DNA of 64,000 nt from Pedobacter sp. GTDB taxonomy: Bacteria; Desulfobacterota; Desulfuromonadia; Desulfuromonadales; Syntrophotaleaceae. The translations under genes were made by a program, and so were the position numbers. Positions within the stretch are counted from its first letter, which is position 1. Every line of letters begins with the position of its first letter. Positions 1 to 9,587 of this stretch are shown here, piece after piece. The notes beneath the pieces are model-generated. The model saw nothing but the letters and a program-made list of their open reading frames with translations. It did no database searches and was not told the origin of the DNA. Where the stretch lies: assembly GCA_050253415.1 (NCBI GenBank), contig JBFWJC010000004.1:160001-224000 (forward strand). The letters run 5' to 3'.

Positions 1-26
1 GGAGGATATCCAGACGACATGGTTAA

Positions 27-1160
27 TCAATCGCCGCGGTTGACGCGCGGCACTCGCTTGCTGAACTGACAGAACACTTCGTAGCTGATGGTGCCGATGC
101 GCTGCGCCCATTCATCGGCAGAGATACACTGACCGTTGTCGCAACCAAGCAGGGTAACCTCGTCGCCCACCCTCACACCGGGTATATCGGTGACATCGAT
201 CATGGTCCAGTCCATACAGACGGTGCCGGCCACTCGAGCGCGTTGTCCGCGCACCAGTACTTCACCCACATTCGATAAATGACGACTGTAACCATCGGCA
301 TAACCGACAGGAATGACCGCCAGATCCGTCGGACGCTTGGCCACGAAACGATGCCCATAGGATACGCCGGTTCCTTCCGGCACCCGTCGCACCTGCGCCA
401 CCCGGGTACGAAAACTCATCACCGGTCGCAAATCGAACCGACCGGCAAAAGCCGGACTGGGAAGACCACCGTAAAGCAAAATACCGGGGCGTGACAGGTT
501 GCATTCGGGCACTTCCCGCGTCAACAAGGCGGCACTGTTGCTCAAATGAATATGGCGAGGCGCAAAACCGGCCTGTCGAACCAGGGCCAGACAGGATCGG
601 AAAGTCGCCACCTGCTGCTGGTTGATAGAATCCTCCGGTTCATCCGCCATGGCGAGGTGCGAAAACACTCCGTCCATGCGCAACCCGGACAGTGATGCCA
701 GCTCTTTCAGGGCTCCGGGAAGATCCTCGGGGCAAAAACCGACGCGGCTCATGCCGGTATCCAGCTTCAGGTGAAAAGGAAGCACCACTTTGGCTGACAG
801 TGCCGCACTATTCAAGCGCCGTGCGACATCCATATCGAAAATAGTCGGGACCAGGCCAAAGTGCAGAAGCTCTTTCTCCTGACCGGGATAAAGTCCTCCA
901 AGCACCAGAATCGGGCAGACCACTCCGGCCTCACGTAAAGCAACGCCTTCTTCGACGATGGCTACGCCAAACATCTGCACGCCGGCAGTCTGCAATGCCG
1001 TAGCAACGTGAGCAGCTCCGTGCCCATAGGCATCCGCCTTGACCACGGCAAGAATGCCCTGCCCCGGCCCAGCCAACTGTTGAGCCTGGTGAAAATTATG
1101 TTTTAATGCCTCAAGGTCGATTTCAACACGCGTGGGACGATGTCCCCAGGGATCGTTCAT
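27..1160 (-). CDS. alr: Alanine racemase
   Basis: AVVKADAYGHG PLP-lysine motif, HLKLDTGMSRVG, SYG and GYADG motifs, IGTISYE. Confidence 0.97.
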   Translation of the reverse strand: MNDPWGHRPTRVEIDLEALKHNFHQAQQLAGPGQGILAVVKADAYGHGAAHVATALQTAGVQMFGVAIVEEGVALREAGVVCPILVLGGLYPGQEKELLHFGLVPTIFDMDVARRLNSAALSAKVVLPFHLKLDTGMSRVGFCPEDLPGALKELASLSGLRMDGVFSHLAMADEPEDSINQQQVATFRSCLALVRQAGFAPRHIHLSNSAALLTREVPECNLSRPGILLYGGLPSPAFAGRFDLRPVMSFRTRVAQVRRVPEGTGVSYGHRFVAKRPTDLAVIPVGYADGYSRHLSNVGEVLVRGQRARVAGTVCMDWTMIDVTDIPGVRVGDEVTLLGCDNGQCISADEWAQRIGTISYEVFCQFSKRVPRVNRGD

Positions 1161-1401
1161 GACGGCTTATTCCTGGATCTGGATATAAATCGGTCGAATA
1201 GGGACCGAAGACAAAACGGAAAATTCGACAGAGCCAGAGCACCACCCGATCTGCAGCGCACGGCCTGACAGTTATATTGGGAAGGCCCTGCCTCCGAATG
1301 GCAGCAGGTTACGAATCCGTGAAAACTACTTAGCACGACACCCCAGGCCTGTAAAGTGCAAAACTGTCTTTTGCTCCACCCACCGGAAGCAGGGGGGTTG
1401 C

Positions 1402-1430
1402 TTGACAGGCAAAACAGCATTCGCTAGAGT
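1402..1430 (+). promoter_or_regulatory. Sigma70-type promoter for the thi leader
   Basis: TTGACA-17 nt-TAGAGT, about 120 nt upstream of the TPP aptamer. Confidence 0.6.
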
Positions 1431-1552
1431 GACTGCGATTTTCTACCACGCAGAGCAATACCAACTTAAACGCTATTATTTTACTTTACATGATACGCTG
1501 GTAACGTATTAAAATAAACGAGCGTATACAGATTTATCCTGTAGACGAACAT

Positions 1553-1645
1553 AACCGCTAGGGGCGTCTTTGTACTGAGAATTCCGTGTAACACGGGATA
1601 ACCCTTGGAACCTGACCCGGGTGATGCCGGCGTAGGGAAGCGGTG
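1553..1645 (+). ncRNA. TPP (THI-box) riboswitch
   Basis: GGGG...CTGAGA...ACCCTTGGAACCTGACCCGGGTGATGCCGGCGTAGGGAA consensus; P1 ACCGCT/AGCGGT; lies upstream of thiamine genes. Confidence 0.95.
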
Positions 1646-1664
1646 TCGCAAGGCAATAGTGATG

Positions 1665-1698
1665 ATCGTCACGTGCTTTCCGGCCGTGGCGATTTTTT
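1665..1698 (+). terminator. Riboswitch expression-platform terminator
   Basis: ATCGTCACG/CGTGGCGAT stem followed by a T run, between the aptamer and the thiE start. Confidence 0.7.
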
Positions 1699-1718
1699 AT
1701 ATCCAACAAGAGGCCCTC

Positions 1719-3158
1719 ATGAAAAACAGACAGATTCAAGGTCTGTATCTCATCACCGACGATTCCCATGGCGATCAGTTGCAGGCCAAACTTGTTGCCG
1801 CCTTGAAGGGTGGCACCCGCATCGTTCAGTACCGGGGCAAACATCGACCGGCAGCGGAGCAGCGGCAGGATGCCCTGATGATTCGCACACTGTGCCAACA
1901 GGCCGGTGCATGCTTTATCGTCAACGACGATCCATACCTGGCTCTTGACTGCCAGGCCGATGGCGTACATCTGGGCCAGCAGGATATGAGCATTGCCGAG
2001 GCCCGCGCTATCCTGGGACCGGATAAAATCATCGGCACCTCCAACCGAAGCGCCGAACAGGCTGTCGCCTCGCAAAATGCCGGTGCCGACTACGTTGCTG
2101 TCGGCAGTATTTATCCCACCGACAGTAAACACGATGCCGTGCATATCGGCCTCGACGTTTTGCGTGACATCCGGCAGGCCGTCGAGGTTCCCCTGGTGGC
2201 CATAGGTGGTATCGACCGCGACCGGGCAAGCGACGTTATCGATGCGGGCGCCGACGCCATCGCTCTGATTTCCGCCGTCATGGCCGACCCCAGTCCCGCC
2301 TTGGCCGCACGGGAAATCGCCCTGCAGTTCAACCGCCGAGCCCCCGTGCCACGCGGCCGGATATTGACCGTAGCCGGTTCCGACAGCGGAGGCGGCGCGG
2401 GTATTCAGGCCGATCTCAAAACCATTACCCTGCTGGGTGGCTACGGCATGAGCGTCATCACCGCCCTGACCGCGCAGAATACCTGTGGCGTACGGGGCAT
2501 CTATCCCGTCCCGCCCGCTTTTGTCGGTGAACAACTGGTGGCGGTGCTTGAAGATCTTGCCCCGGAAGTGGTCAAGACCGGCATGCTGCTCGATTCCGCC
2601 ATCGTGTTTCTGGTCGCCCAGGCACTGGAGGATTATGGCCTGTTGGCAGTGGTCGATCCGGTCATGGTCGCCAAAGGCGGCGCCCTGCTGCTGCGCGAAG
2701 AGGCTACCATAGCCTGCCTCGACCACCTGCTGCCGCATACCTATCTGCTCACCCCCAACCTGCCGGAAGCCGAGGAGTTAACCGGATTGCAGATACATAC
2801 GGAAGCGGACATGGAAAAAGCCGCCCGGCGCCTGCAACAACTTGGCGCGCGCAACGTTCTGCTTAAAGGGGGCCATCTCGATGGCGAAGCCGTCGATCTG
2901 TTGCTCGATGGCGAGACCTTGCATCGGCTGCCGGAAAAACGTATCGACAGCCGCAACACTCACGGCACCGGCTGCACAAGTTCCGCTGCCATCGCAGCCC
3001 TGCTGGCAGCCGGGCATCCTCTGCCGCAGGCGGTAAGGCTGGCCAAAGAATTCATTACCGAAGCGATCCGTACTGCCCCCGATCTCGGCACCGGGCACGG
3101 ACCGGTCAATCACTTCGCCGCTGCCAAATACCTGCTGAACAAAATCGAAGGACTATAA
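1719..3158 (+). CDS. thiDE: Fused thiamine-phosphate synthase (ThiE) / HMP(-P) kinase (ThiD)
   Basis: N-terminal LYLITD, QYRGK, IVND, GVHLGQQD (ThiE); C-terminal LTVAGSDSGGGAGIQADLK, HGTGCT (ThiD). Start moved to ATG 1719 because the upstream in-frame part is the riboswitch. Confidence 0.93.
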   Translation: MKNRQIQGLYLITDDSHGDQLQAKLVAALKGGTRIVQYRGKHRPAAEQRQDALMIRTLCQQAGACFIVNDDPYLALDCQADGVHLGQQDMSIAEARAILGPDKIIGTSNRSAEQAVASQNAGADYVAVGSIYPTDSKHDAVHIGLDVLRDIRQAVEVPLVAIGGIDRDRASDVIDAGADAIALISAVMADPSPALAAREIALQFNRRAPVPRGRILTVAGSDSGGGAGIQADLKTITLLGGYGMSVITALTAQNTCGVRGIYPVPPAFVGEQLVAVLEDLAPEVVKTGMLLDSAIVFLVAQALEDYGLLAVVDPVMVAKGGALLLREEATIACLDHLLPHTYLLTPNLPEAEELTGLQIHTEADMEKAARRLQQLGARNVLLKGGHLDGEAVDLLLDGETLHRLPEKRIDSRNTHGTGCTSSAAIAALLAAGHPLPQAVRLAKEFITEAIRTAPDLGTGHGPVNHFAAAKYLLNKIEGL

Positions 3159-3173
3159 ATTGCCGATAGAGCC

Positions 3174-3219
3174 TTACTGCTTTTAACTTACAGCTTAAAA
3201 CTTTATAGCTTACAGCTTT
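3174..3219. repeat. Degenerate heptamer repeat (TACAGCT-like)
   Basis: tactgct tttaact tacagct taaaact ttatagct tacagct; reverse complement of the AAGCTGT array at 54479. Confidence 0.55.
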
Positions 3220-3239
3220 AACGTATGAGAGGTAGATTC

Positions 3240-4529
3240 ATGACCCAACTCGAAATGGCCCGTCAGGGCATCGTCTCCGATAAAATGAAGCAGGCTGCCG
3301 CCGATGCCGGCATTGATGCAGAAATCCTGCGTCAGCGCATTGCCGAAGGTACCGCTATCGTCTGCCACAACAACAGACACACCAACGGTCGCCCCCTGGC
3401 CGTCGGCAAAGGCATGCCCACCCGTGTCAACGCCAACATCGGTACCAGCAAGGACGACACCAGCATCGACAAAGAACTGGAAAAAGCCCGCGTCGCGGTT
3501 GCCGCCGGGGCCGATGCCATTATGGATCTTTCCACAGGCGGGCCCATCGACGAAATCCGCCGTGCCATCATCGCCGAGACCCAGGCCTGTATCGGCAGTG
3601 TGCCCCTCTATCAGGCCGCCTGCGACACGGTGGTAAAAAAAGGCAAGGCCATCGTCGACATGACCGCGGACGAAATTTTCGACGGCATCAAAAAACACCT
3701 CGATGACGGCGTCGACTTCATCACCGTGCACTGCGGCGTCACCCGTGCTACCGTGGAGCGTATGGACAACGAAGGGCGCATCATGGAGGTTGTCTCCCGA
3801 GGCGGCTCCTTCACCGTCGCCTGGATGGCCCACAACCAGGCGGAAAACCCCCTATACGAACACTTCGACCGCCTGCTGGAAATGGTCAAGCCCTACGACG
3901 CCACCCTGTCCCTGGGTGACGGCTTCCGCCCCGGCTGTCTGGCCGATGCCACCGACCGCGCCCAGATCCACGAACTGATCATCCTCGGAGAACTGACCCA
4001 GCGCGCCTGGGACGCCGGCATCCAGGTCATGATCGAAGGCCCGGGCCATGTCCCGCTGAACCAGATCGAGGCCAATATCCAGCTGCAAAAACGCCTCTGC
4101 CACGGTGCCCCTTTCTACGTACTCGGCCCCCTGGTCACCGATATCGCTCCCGGCTACGACCACATCACCTGTGCCATCGGCGGCGCCATTGCCGCCAGTG
4201 CCGGCGCCGATTTCCTTTGCTATGTCACCCCCAGCGAACACCTGTGCCTGCCCACCGCACAAGATGTACACGATGGCGTCATGGCCACCCGCATCGCCGC
4301 CCATGCTGCCGACATCGTCAAGGGCCTGCCAGGTGCTATGGAAAAAGACATCGCCATGAGCAAGGCCCGCAAGGCCCTCGACTGGGAAACCCAGTACTGC
4401 CTGGCCATCGACCCCGCCCTGGCCCGCAAACGGCGCGGCGAGTCAGGAGTGGACGAGGACCACGGTGCCTGCACCATGTGCGGCGAGTTCTGCGCTTACA
4501 AGGTGATGGACGAGCGCAAGAAGAAATAA
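3240..4529 (+). CDS. thiC: Phosphomethylpyrimidine synthase
   Basis: NANIGTS, DLSTGG, SRGGS, EGPGHVP, GYDHIT, C-terminal CTMCGEFC; under TPP riboswitch control. Confidence 0.95.
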   Translation: MTQLEMARQGIVSDKMKQAAADAGIDAEILRQRIAEGTAIVCHNNRHTNGRPLAVGKGMPTRVNANIGTSKDDTSIDKELEKARVAVAAGADAIMDLSTGGPIDEIRRAIIAETQACIGSVPLYQAACDTVVKKGKAIVDMTADEIFDGIKKHLDDGVDFITVHCGVTRATVERMDNEGRIMEVVSRGGSFTVAWMAHNQAENPLYEHFDRLLEMVKPYDATLSLGDGFRPGCLADATDRAQIHELIILGELTQRAWDAGIQVMIEGPGHVPLNQIEANIQLQKRLCHGAPFYVLGPLVTDIAPGYDHITCAIGGAIAASAGADFLCYVTPSEHLCLPTAQDVHDGVMATRIAAHAADIVKGLPGAMEKDIAMSKARKALDWETQYCLAIDPALARKRRGESGVDEDHGACTMCGEFCAYKVMDERKKK

Positions 4530-4602
4530 TAAAGGCGACGGGAAAGCCCTGAGGATAGACTCAACCGCCTATCTCGCCCCATTAGAAACCTGCCCACTAT
4601 GG

Positions 4603-4643
4603 AAAAGAGCCTCGAAGTCAACAAGACTTGAGGCTCTTTTTTT
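4603..4643. terminator. Intrinsic terminator, probably bidirectional
   Basis: AAAAGAGCCTC...GAGGCTCTTTTTTT between convergent genes. Confidence 0.75.
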
Positions 4644-4723
4644 CAAGACTTTCAACCTATGCCTCAAACTGTTATGGGGACAAGACGGCAGTCCCGGACA
4701 ACATTGTGCATTCAGAATTTTTT

Positions 4724-5263
4724 TCAGAAAGGCCAAGCGAAAGTTAGCAGAAAATCTTCCGCACCCGGGTTTTTATCGTGCATATCGGCATTGGAGATAT
4801 GCGCGATTTGCAGTCCGAGACGGGCGCGGTTGGCAAACTGCCAGGACAGACCGAGAACTGAACGAAACTCGAGAGTGCCGCCGAGATCCTTACCGTCCCC
4901 CTCTTCATACCCTCCCATTGAAAGCATGGGGGTAATAACAAGATTTTTGTAAACGATATCGGCATACAGACCGCCGTAACCGAACCAGCCGCCATCGGTA
5001 GTGGCAAGCAGACCAACGGCTGGCCCGACAAAACCCAGTTTTTTACCGACACGCAGCTCCAGGCGTGCCGCGCCTACTGCGCTCCCATGGTTATTTTCGG
5101 TGGCATCGAAGACCCCCAGCCCCAGATCGAGGTAATGGGATTCGGCGCCAAGAAGCTGCCAGTTGCCAACTTGATAGAAGGCTGTCGGTGGCACACCACC
5201 AGCGTTAGCCCGGTACGGCAGACCGATAAGAATCAAAAACAGCATCAGGTAGAACAACTTCAT
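4724..5263 (-). CDS. Lipid A 3-O-deacylase (PagL-like) outer-membrane protein
   Basis: Signal peptide, HISNA catalytic motif followed by NPG, C-terminal Phe. Confidence 0.75.
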   Translation of the reverse strand: MKLFYLMLFLILIGLPYRANAGGVPPTAFYQVGNWQLLGAESHYLDLGLGVFDATENNHGSAVGAARLELRVGKKLGFVGPAVGLLATTDGGWFGYGGLYADIVYKNLVITPMLSMGGYEEGDGKDLGGTLEFRSVLGLSWQFANRARLGLQIAHISNADMHDKNPGAEDFLLTFAWPF

Positions 5264-5498
5264 ATCGACCTCCTCTGGCTCCATGTCGAACATCATTCAG
5301 ACTTGAAGAATATCGATTTTCTCGCATAGCACAAGTCGTGCATACTTCATCCACTGCCGGTTCCAGGCCTAAGCGCCTGCCCCGCGGCATGATAAGATAA
5401 ATCAAAATGGTGACCAGTTCATCCCGCTATACCTTCTTTATGCAGCCGGCTGGATATGGACACACAAGTCTCTACTGTTTGAAGGGGCTTCCCGAGTC

Positions 5499-7016
5499 AT
5501 GACACATAACGATACCAAACCAATTCTTGTGGCTGGAGCGACAGGCTATATCGGCGGCAGATTGGTGCCACGCCTGCTGAAGTCCGGCTATCGGATCCGG
5601 GCCATCTGCCGTACTCCGGCCAAACTTCTGAGTCGCCCCTGGGCTACACATCCGGATCTGGAAGTTTGGCCGGCCGACCTGCTCGATCAAAAGATGCTCA
5701 TGCAGGCGGCAACAGGCTGCCGGGCGGCGTATTATCTGGTCCATTCCATGGGACCTATGGTAGCCGACTTTGCCGCAACCGACCGGAAGGCCGCCGCAAA
5801 TTTTGCCGCCGCTGCGGCAGCGGCGGACCTTGAGAAAATTATCTACCTCGGCGGCCTGGGCGATGAAGAACAAGGCTTGAGCCCCCATTTGCGCTCCCGG
5901 GCTGAAGTGGCCAGGGTTTTGCGGTTGGGCCGGGTACCCGTGACGGTGCTGCGTGCGGCAGTAATCATAGGCTCAGGCAGCGCATCCTTTGAGATCCTGC
6001 GCTATCTGGTAGAACGCCTGCCGGTGATGGTCACCCCCCGCTGGGTCCAAACCCCGTGTCAGCCCATTGCCATCCGCAACGTGCTGCATTATCTGATCGG
6101 TTGCCTGGAAAACCAAGCTACCCGTGGAGAAACGTTCGATATTGGCCAGGAGGAGGTCGTTACCTATCGGCGACTCATGGAGATCTATGCCGAAAAAGCC
6201 GGTCTGAGAAAGCGGTGGATTATCCCGGTGCCGCTGCTGACGCCGCGACTGAGTTCTTACTGGATATCATTGGTCACCCCGGTGCCGTCCGAGCTGGCCC
6301 GTCCGCTGACCGAAGGGCTGCGCAATCCGGTGGTCTGCCACGACTTCAGGATACGTGAAATGCTACCGCAGCGGCTTCTCAACAGCCGCGAGGCCATTGC
6401 GCTGGCTCTGGAGCGAACCCAACATTTCCAGGTCGAAACCTCCTGGAGCGACGCCGGCCTCGTGCCGCTGGCCGAATGGCGCATGGCGGGTGATCCGCAA
6501 TGGGCGGGTGGCACCGAATACCGGGACTGCTGGCGGATCGTATTGGAGGCCTGTGCCGACGAAACGTGGCAGGCGGTCGCAAGCATAGGCGGAGCGACCG
6601 GTTGGTACCACGCCAACTGGCTCTGGCGCCTACGCGGCTTTTTGGATCGACTGGTGGGCGGCATCGGCCTGCAGCGCGGGCGGCGTGGCCCCGTCGAGCT
6701 CTACCCGGGAGATGCTCTCGATTTCTGGCGGGTCTGTCAGGTGGAGAGACCTCACTACCTGCAACTGGCTGCAGAGATGAAGTTGCCGGGGCAGGCTTTG
6801 CTTGAATTCCACATCAGGGAATACACCCCGAAACAGACCGAATTATTGCTCACCGCCCGGTTCCTGCCTCGCGGCCTGTTGGGTCCCCTGTATTGGCGGG
6901 CGGTCATGCCTCTGCATCGCTATGTTTTTAACGGTATGTTACGCGGCATCGCCAGGCGCTTGCAAAAGAAAACCCTGCGGGGTCCGAAACGGATAAGACC
7001 AGCGTCCGGGTCATAA
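5499..7016 (+). CDS. Atypical SDR/NAD(P)-binding protein with C-terminal DUF2867 (YbjT-like)
   Basis: GATGYIGG Rossmann motif; C-terminal IGG..GWY, GDALDFWRV, AEMKLPG, GLLGPLYW. Confidence 0.85.
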   Translation: MTHNDTKPILVAGATGYIGGRLVPRLLKSGYRIRAICRTPAKLLSRPWATHPDLEVWPADLLDQKMLMQAATGCRAAYYLVHSMGPMVADFAATDRKAAANFAAAAAAADLEKIIYLGGLGDEEQGLSPHLRSRAEVARVLRLGRVPVTVLRAAVIIGSGSASFEILRYLVERLPVMVTPRWVQTPCQPIAIRNVLHYLIGCLENQATRGETFDIGQEEVVTYRRLMEIYAEKAGLRKRWIIPVPLLTPRLSSYWISLVTPVPSELARPLTEGLRNPVVCHDFRIREMLPQRLLNSREAIALALERTQHFQVETSWSDAGLVPLAEWRMAGDPQWAGGTEYRDCWRIVLEACADETWQAVASIGGATGWYHANWLWRLRGFLDRLVGGIGLQRGRRGPVELYPGDALDFWRVCQVERPHYLQLAAEMKLPGQALLEFHIREYTPKQTELLLTARFLPRGLLGPLYWRAVMPLHRYVFNGMLRGIARRLQKKTLRGPKRIRPASGS

Positions 7017-7136
7017 TGAGTGAAGAGGCATGCGATAAAAAATTTATACGCCGGAAGGGAGGGCATCCTGCCTGCTCACCAAGGCAAAAATAAAAGAACC
7101 AATCCATTCATCTTGGCTGACATCTTAGTCAAAGGG

Positions 7137-8591
7137 TCATATCCGACACGGTGTTTCAGCTTGTTTCTCATACCGGGCATCGGACTGCAGCATCGAATCT
7201 TCTCCGGAAAAGGACCTCGCAACGGCATCAAATTCGTCCGCCTGGGCTAGAAAAGCATCGACGATATGGGGATCGAAATGGCTCCCTTTTTCCCGACAGA
7301 TCTCCTCGATGGAAAAAGCGTGGGAACGTGCTTTTTTGTAAGGCCGCTTACTGCGCAAGGCATCATAGACATCCGCCAAAGCCACCACTCGGGCGGACAG
7401 GGGGATGTTTTCCCCGACCAACCCGTAAGGATACCCGCTTCCATCCCATTTTTCATGATGAAACAACGCGATATCCCTGGCAAAGGCCAGGTAACTGTCC
7501 TTCCCGAATTCATCCACAAAGACATTATTGGCTTTCGCAAGAACATTCCCGGCAACGACCGTATGCGTTTTGACCTCATCGAATTCTTCCGGGGTCAAAC
7601 GGCCCGGTTTCAGCAAAACATTTCTGTCAACGGCGACCTTTCCTATATCGTGCAGAATCGACGCCAACTGAATATTATTAGCATAATCGGTTTTTTTTCG
7701 AATATACGACGCATAGGGTGAAGAACTTTCAAGCTGCCGCAACAGCAATCCAACATATTCCTGAATCCGGGCAAGGTGGGATCCCGTGTCGTGATCGAAG
7801 TTTTCAGCCAGGACCGCCAATGCCTCGATAGAAGTTTTTTGCGTAACCTTTATTTCAGAAGTCTGTGCAAAGACCTTATCCTCCAGGAGGTAATTAACTT
7901 CCTGGAGTTTCTTTTCCGCTTGCAGCTTTTTAACGATCGACGCACTGGCCTTAAAAATCATAATTAAGACAAAAACAAATAACAAACTGGACAAACTGTA
8001 AAGAATCCGTGATGAGTGTCTCAGGATTTTATCAAGTCCTTGTTTTCTTTCCGTAATGTCGTAGTAAATCTCAAGAGCGCCCTCAAAAGAAGAGTTGTTC
8101 ATGATCGGCACATAAACCTCGGCGACATCCCGTTTAAAAATCTGCCCTTCGGCCGTTGCACGATTTTTTTCTACGATTTTCGAAAAGACGGAACCTTTTG
8201 CAACAATCTCCCAAAAGTAACTATGTGTATTTGTTTCGCCAACTTCAGTATTCTCGGTGCTATAGATAATGGTCCCCGTTCTGGAAAAGATCTTTAACTT
8301 TTCCAACCCGAAATCCCTGCCCATCTGTTTTAGCTCCTCTATCTGAATGCTATCCAAAAGTTCTGCGGATATATTGGGCGAATGACCAAGAAAGGAAGTT
8401 TTGAAATGAGCAGCAGTTCTGCAAGCTTCGTTTTCCGTATTTTGCATCAACTGGTTAAAAAAAAGCGGCATGATCTGATAGGTACTATAGGTAGGCAACA
8501 AGATGGCAATAAGCAGACAACCAAACAGCACATTGCGCAATGTTGGTGTCCTTAATACATTTTTGACAACTTGAAAGACTTTTTGGCTCAT
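7137..8591 (-). CDS. Membrane-anchored HD-GYP c-di-GMP phosphodiesterase
   Basis: Two TM segments around a periplasmic domain; LHDIGK and HHEKWDGSGYP motifs. Confidence 0.88.
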   Translation of the reverse strand: MSQKVFQVVKNVLRTPTLRNVLFGCLLIAILLPTYSTYQIMPLFFNQLMQNTENEACRTAAHFKTSFLGHSPNISAELLDSIQIEELKQMGRDFGLEKLKIFSRTGTIIYSTENTEVGETNTHSYFWEIVAKGSVFSKIVEKNRATAEGQIFKRDVAEVYVPIMNNSSFEGALEIYYDITERKQGLDKILRHSSRILYSLSSLLFVFVLIMIFKASASIVKKLQAEKKLQEVNYLLEDKVFAQTSEIKVTQKTSIEALAVLAENFDHDTGSHLARIQEYVGLLLRQLESSSPYASYIRKKTDYANNIQLASILHDIGKVAVDRNVLLKPGRLTPEEFDEVKTHTVVAGNVLAKANNVFVDEFGKDSYLAFARDIALFHHEKWDGSGYPYGLVGENIPLSARVVALADVYDALRSKRPYKKARSHAFSIEEICREKGSHFDPHIVDAFLAQADEFDAVARSFSGEDSMLQSDARYEKQAETPCRI

Positions 8592-8794
8592 AATCTACCT
8601 GAACAAAAGGGACCTTTCTCAATGTTTCATCAAGTCAAAGTAAATCATTATTTCAGAAGTTTCAATAATTCCCTCAAATGATTAAACAAAACAAACAAAA
8701 CAACATACTACTTGCGCGCAGCATCGTTACCACCAAAACCCGGATCGAATACACCAACAACCCACCTCAGGGACAGAATAAAAGCATGAACAAC

Positions 8795-8828
8795 TTGTCT
8801 TGACAACCTAACAACCTACGCCTAGAAT
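8795..8828 (+). promoter_or_regulatory. Sigma70 promoter with overlapping palindromic operator
   Basis: TTGACA (8800)-17 nt-TAGAAT (8823); TTGTCTTGACAA palindrome overlaps the -35. Confidence 0.7.
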
Positions 8829-8855
8829 AGGCAGACCACAATGGAGGCTCGTTGC

Positions 8856-9587
8856 ATGCTCAACCCCGAATCCCCCATCCCCCTGTACCACCAACTTGCC
8901 GAACAGCTCAGCGAACAGATTCGCAACGGCGAACTGACGCCGGGTGCCCGCATCCCGTCGGAACACCAGCTAGTCGCCAAGTACGGCATCGGGCGGCCGA
9001 CGGTACGCCAGGCGCTCGATTCGTTGGTGCGCCAGGGTTTGCTATGTCGGCGGCGCGGTTCAGGAACATTTGTCTGCGAACCGGTGCAGGAAATCGATCT
9101 GTTTTCCCTGGACGGTACCAGGGCGGCATTTCATAAAAAGGGCCTGATGGCCGACACCTGCATCCGCGCAGCCATTCAGCTTAAACTGGTCGAGGACACA
9201 CAGGACAACCCCTTTAGCGGCCGTCAGGCCTATTTCCTATCACGACTGACCAGCCTCGACGGCAAACCGGTACTGTTGGAGGATCTGTATCTGCATCCTC
9301 AGCTGTTTGCCGGCATCGACAAACTGGATCTGACTGACGGTTCCTTGTCGCGCATCGCAGCGGAGCATTTTCTGCTGCGCCCGCAAGGGGGCAAACAGAG
9401 CTTTCGCATTGGTTACCTGGACGCAAGCCGGGCCCGCTGCCTTGAGGTCTCACCAACCACCCCGCTTCTGCAGGTCGAACGGCGCCTCGATTTCGCCGCC
9501 GGCCGCGACGGTTTTTTTTCGCGACTGTTCTGCCGAACCGAACACGTCGTCTTCTCACAACACATGGGAGCATCCGACCATGGATAA
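8856..9587 (+). CDS. GntR-family (HutC/UTRA subfamily) transcriptional regulator
   Basis: PLYHQL, IPSEHQL, RPTVRQAL, GSGTFV winged HTH; about 240 aa with a UTRA-sized C-terminal domain. Confidence 0.9.
   Translation: MLNPESPIPLYHQLAEQLSEQIRNGELTPGARIPSEHQLVAKYGIGRPTVRQALDSLVRQGLLCRRRGSGTFVCEPVQEIDLFSLDGTRAAFHKKGLMADTCIRAAIQLKLVEDTQDNPFSGRQAYFLSRLTSLDGKPVLLEDLYLHPQLFAGIDKLDLTDGSLSRIAAEHFLLRPQGGKQSFRIGYLDASRARCLEVSPTTPLLQVERRLDFAAGRDGFFSRLFCRTEHVVFSQHMGASDHG

Noticed and set aside
1..20. Possible start (MSSGYP...) of a gene downstream of alr
   Set aside because: Only six codons lie in the window, so it cannot be identified
1200..1390. alr leader with CTGTCA...GTGCGCT and a TTCG-loop hairpin, reminiscent of a lysine riboswitch 3' end
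   Set aside because: Lacks the AGAGG, GAAAGG and GCCGAA core elements and is too short
1509..2738. 409-aa minus-strand ORF
   Set aside because: Antisense shadow of thiDE caused by GC3 codon bias; no motifs
3240..4529. Possibility that the ThiC homolog is a Bza benzimidazole synthase
   Set aside because: Lies in a TPP-riboswitch operon with thiDE and no cobamide genes
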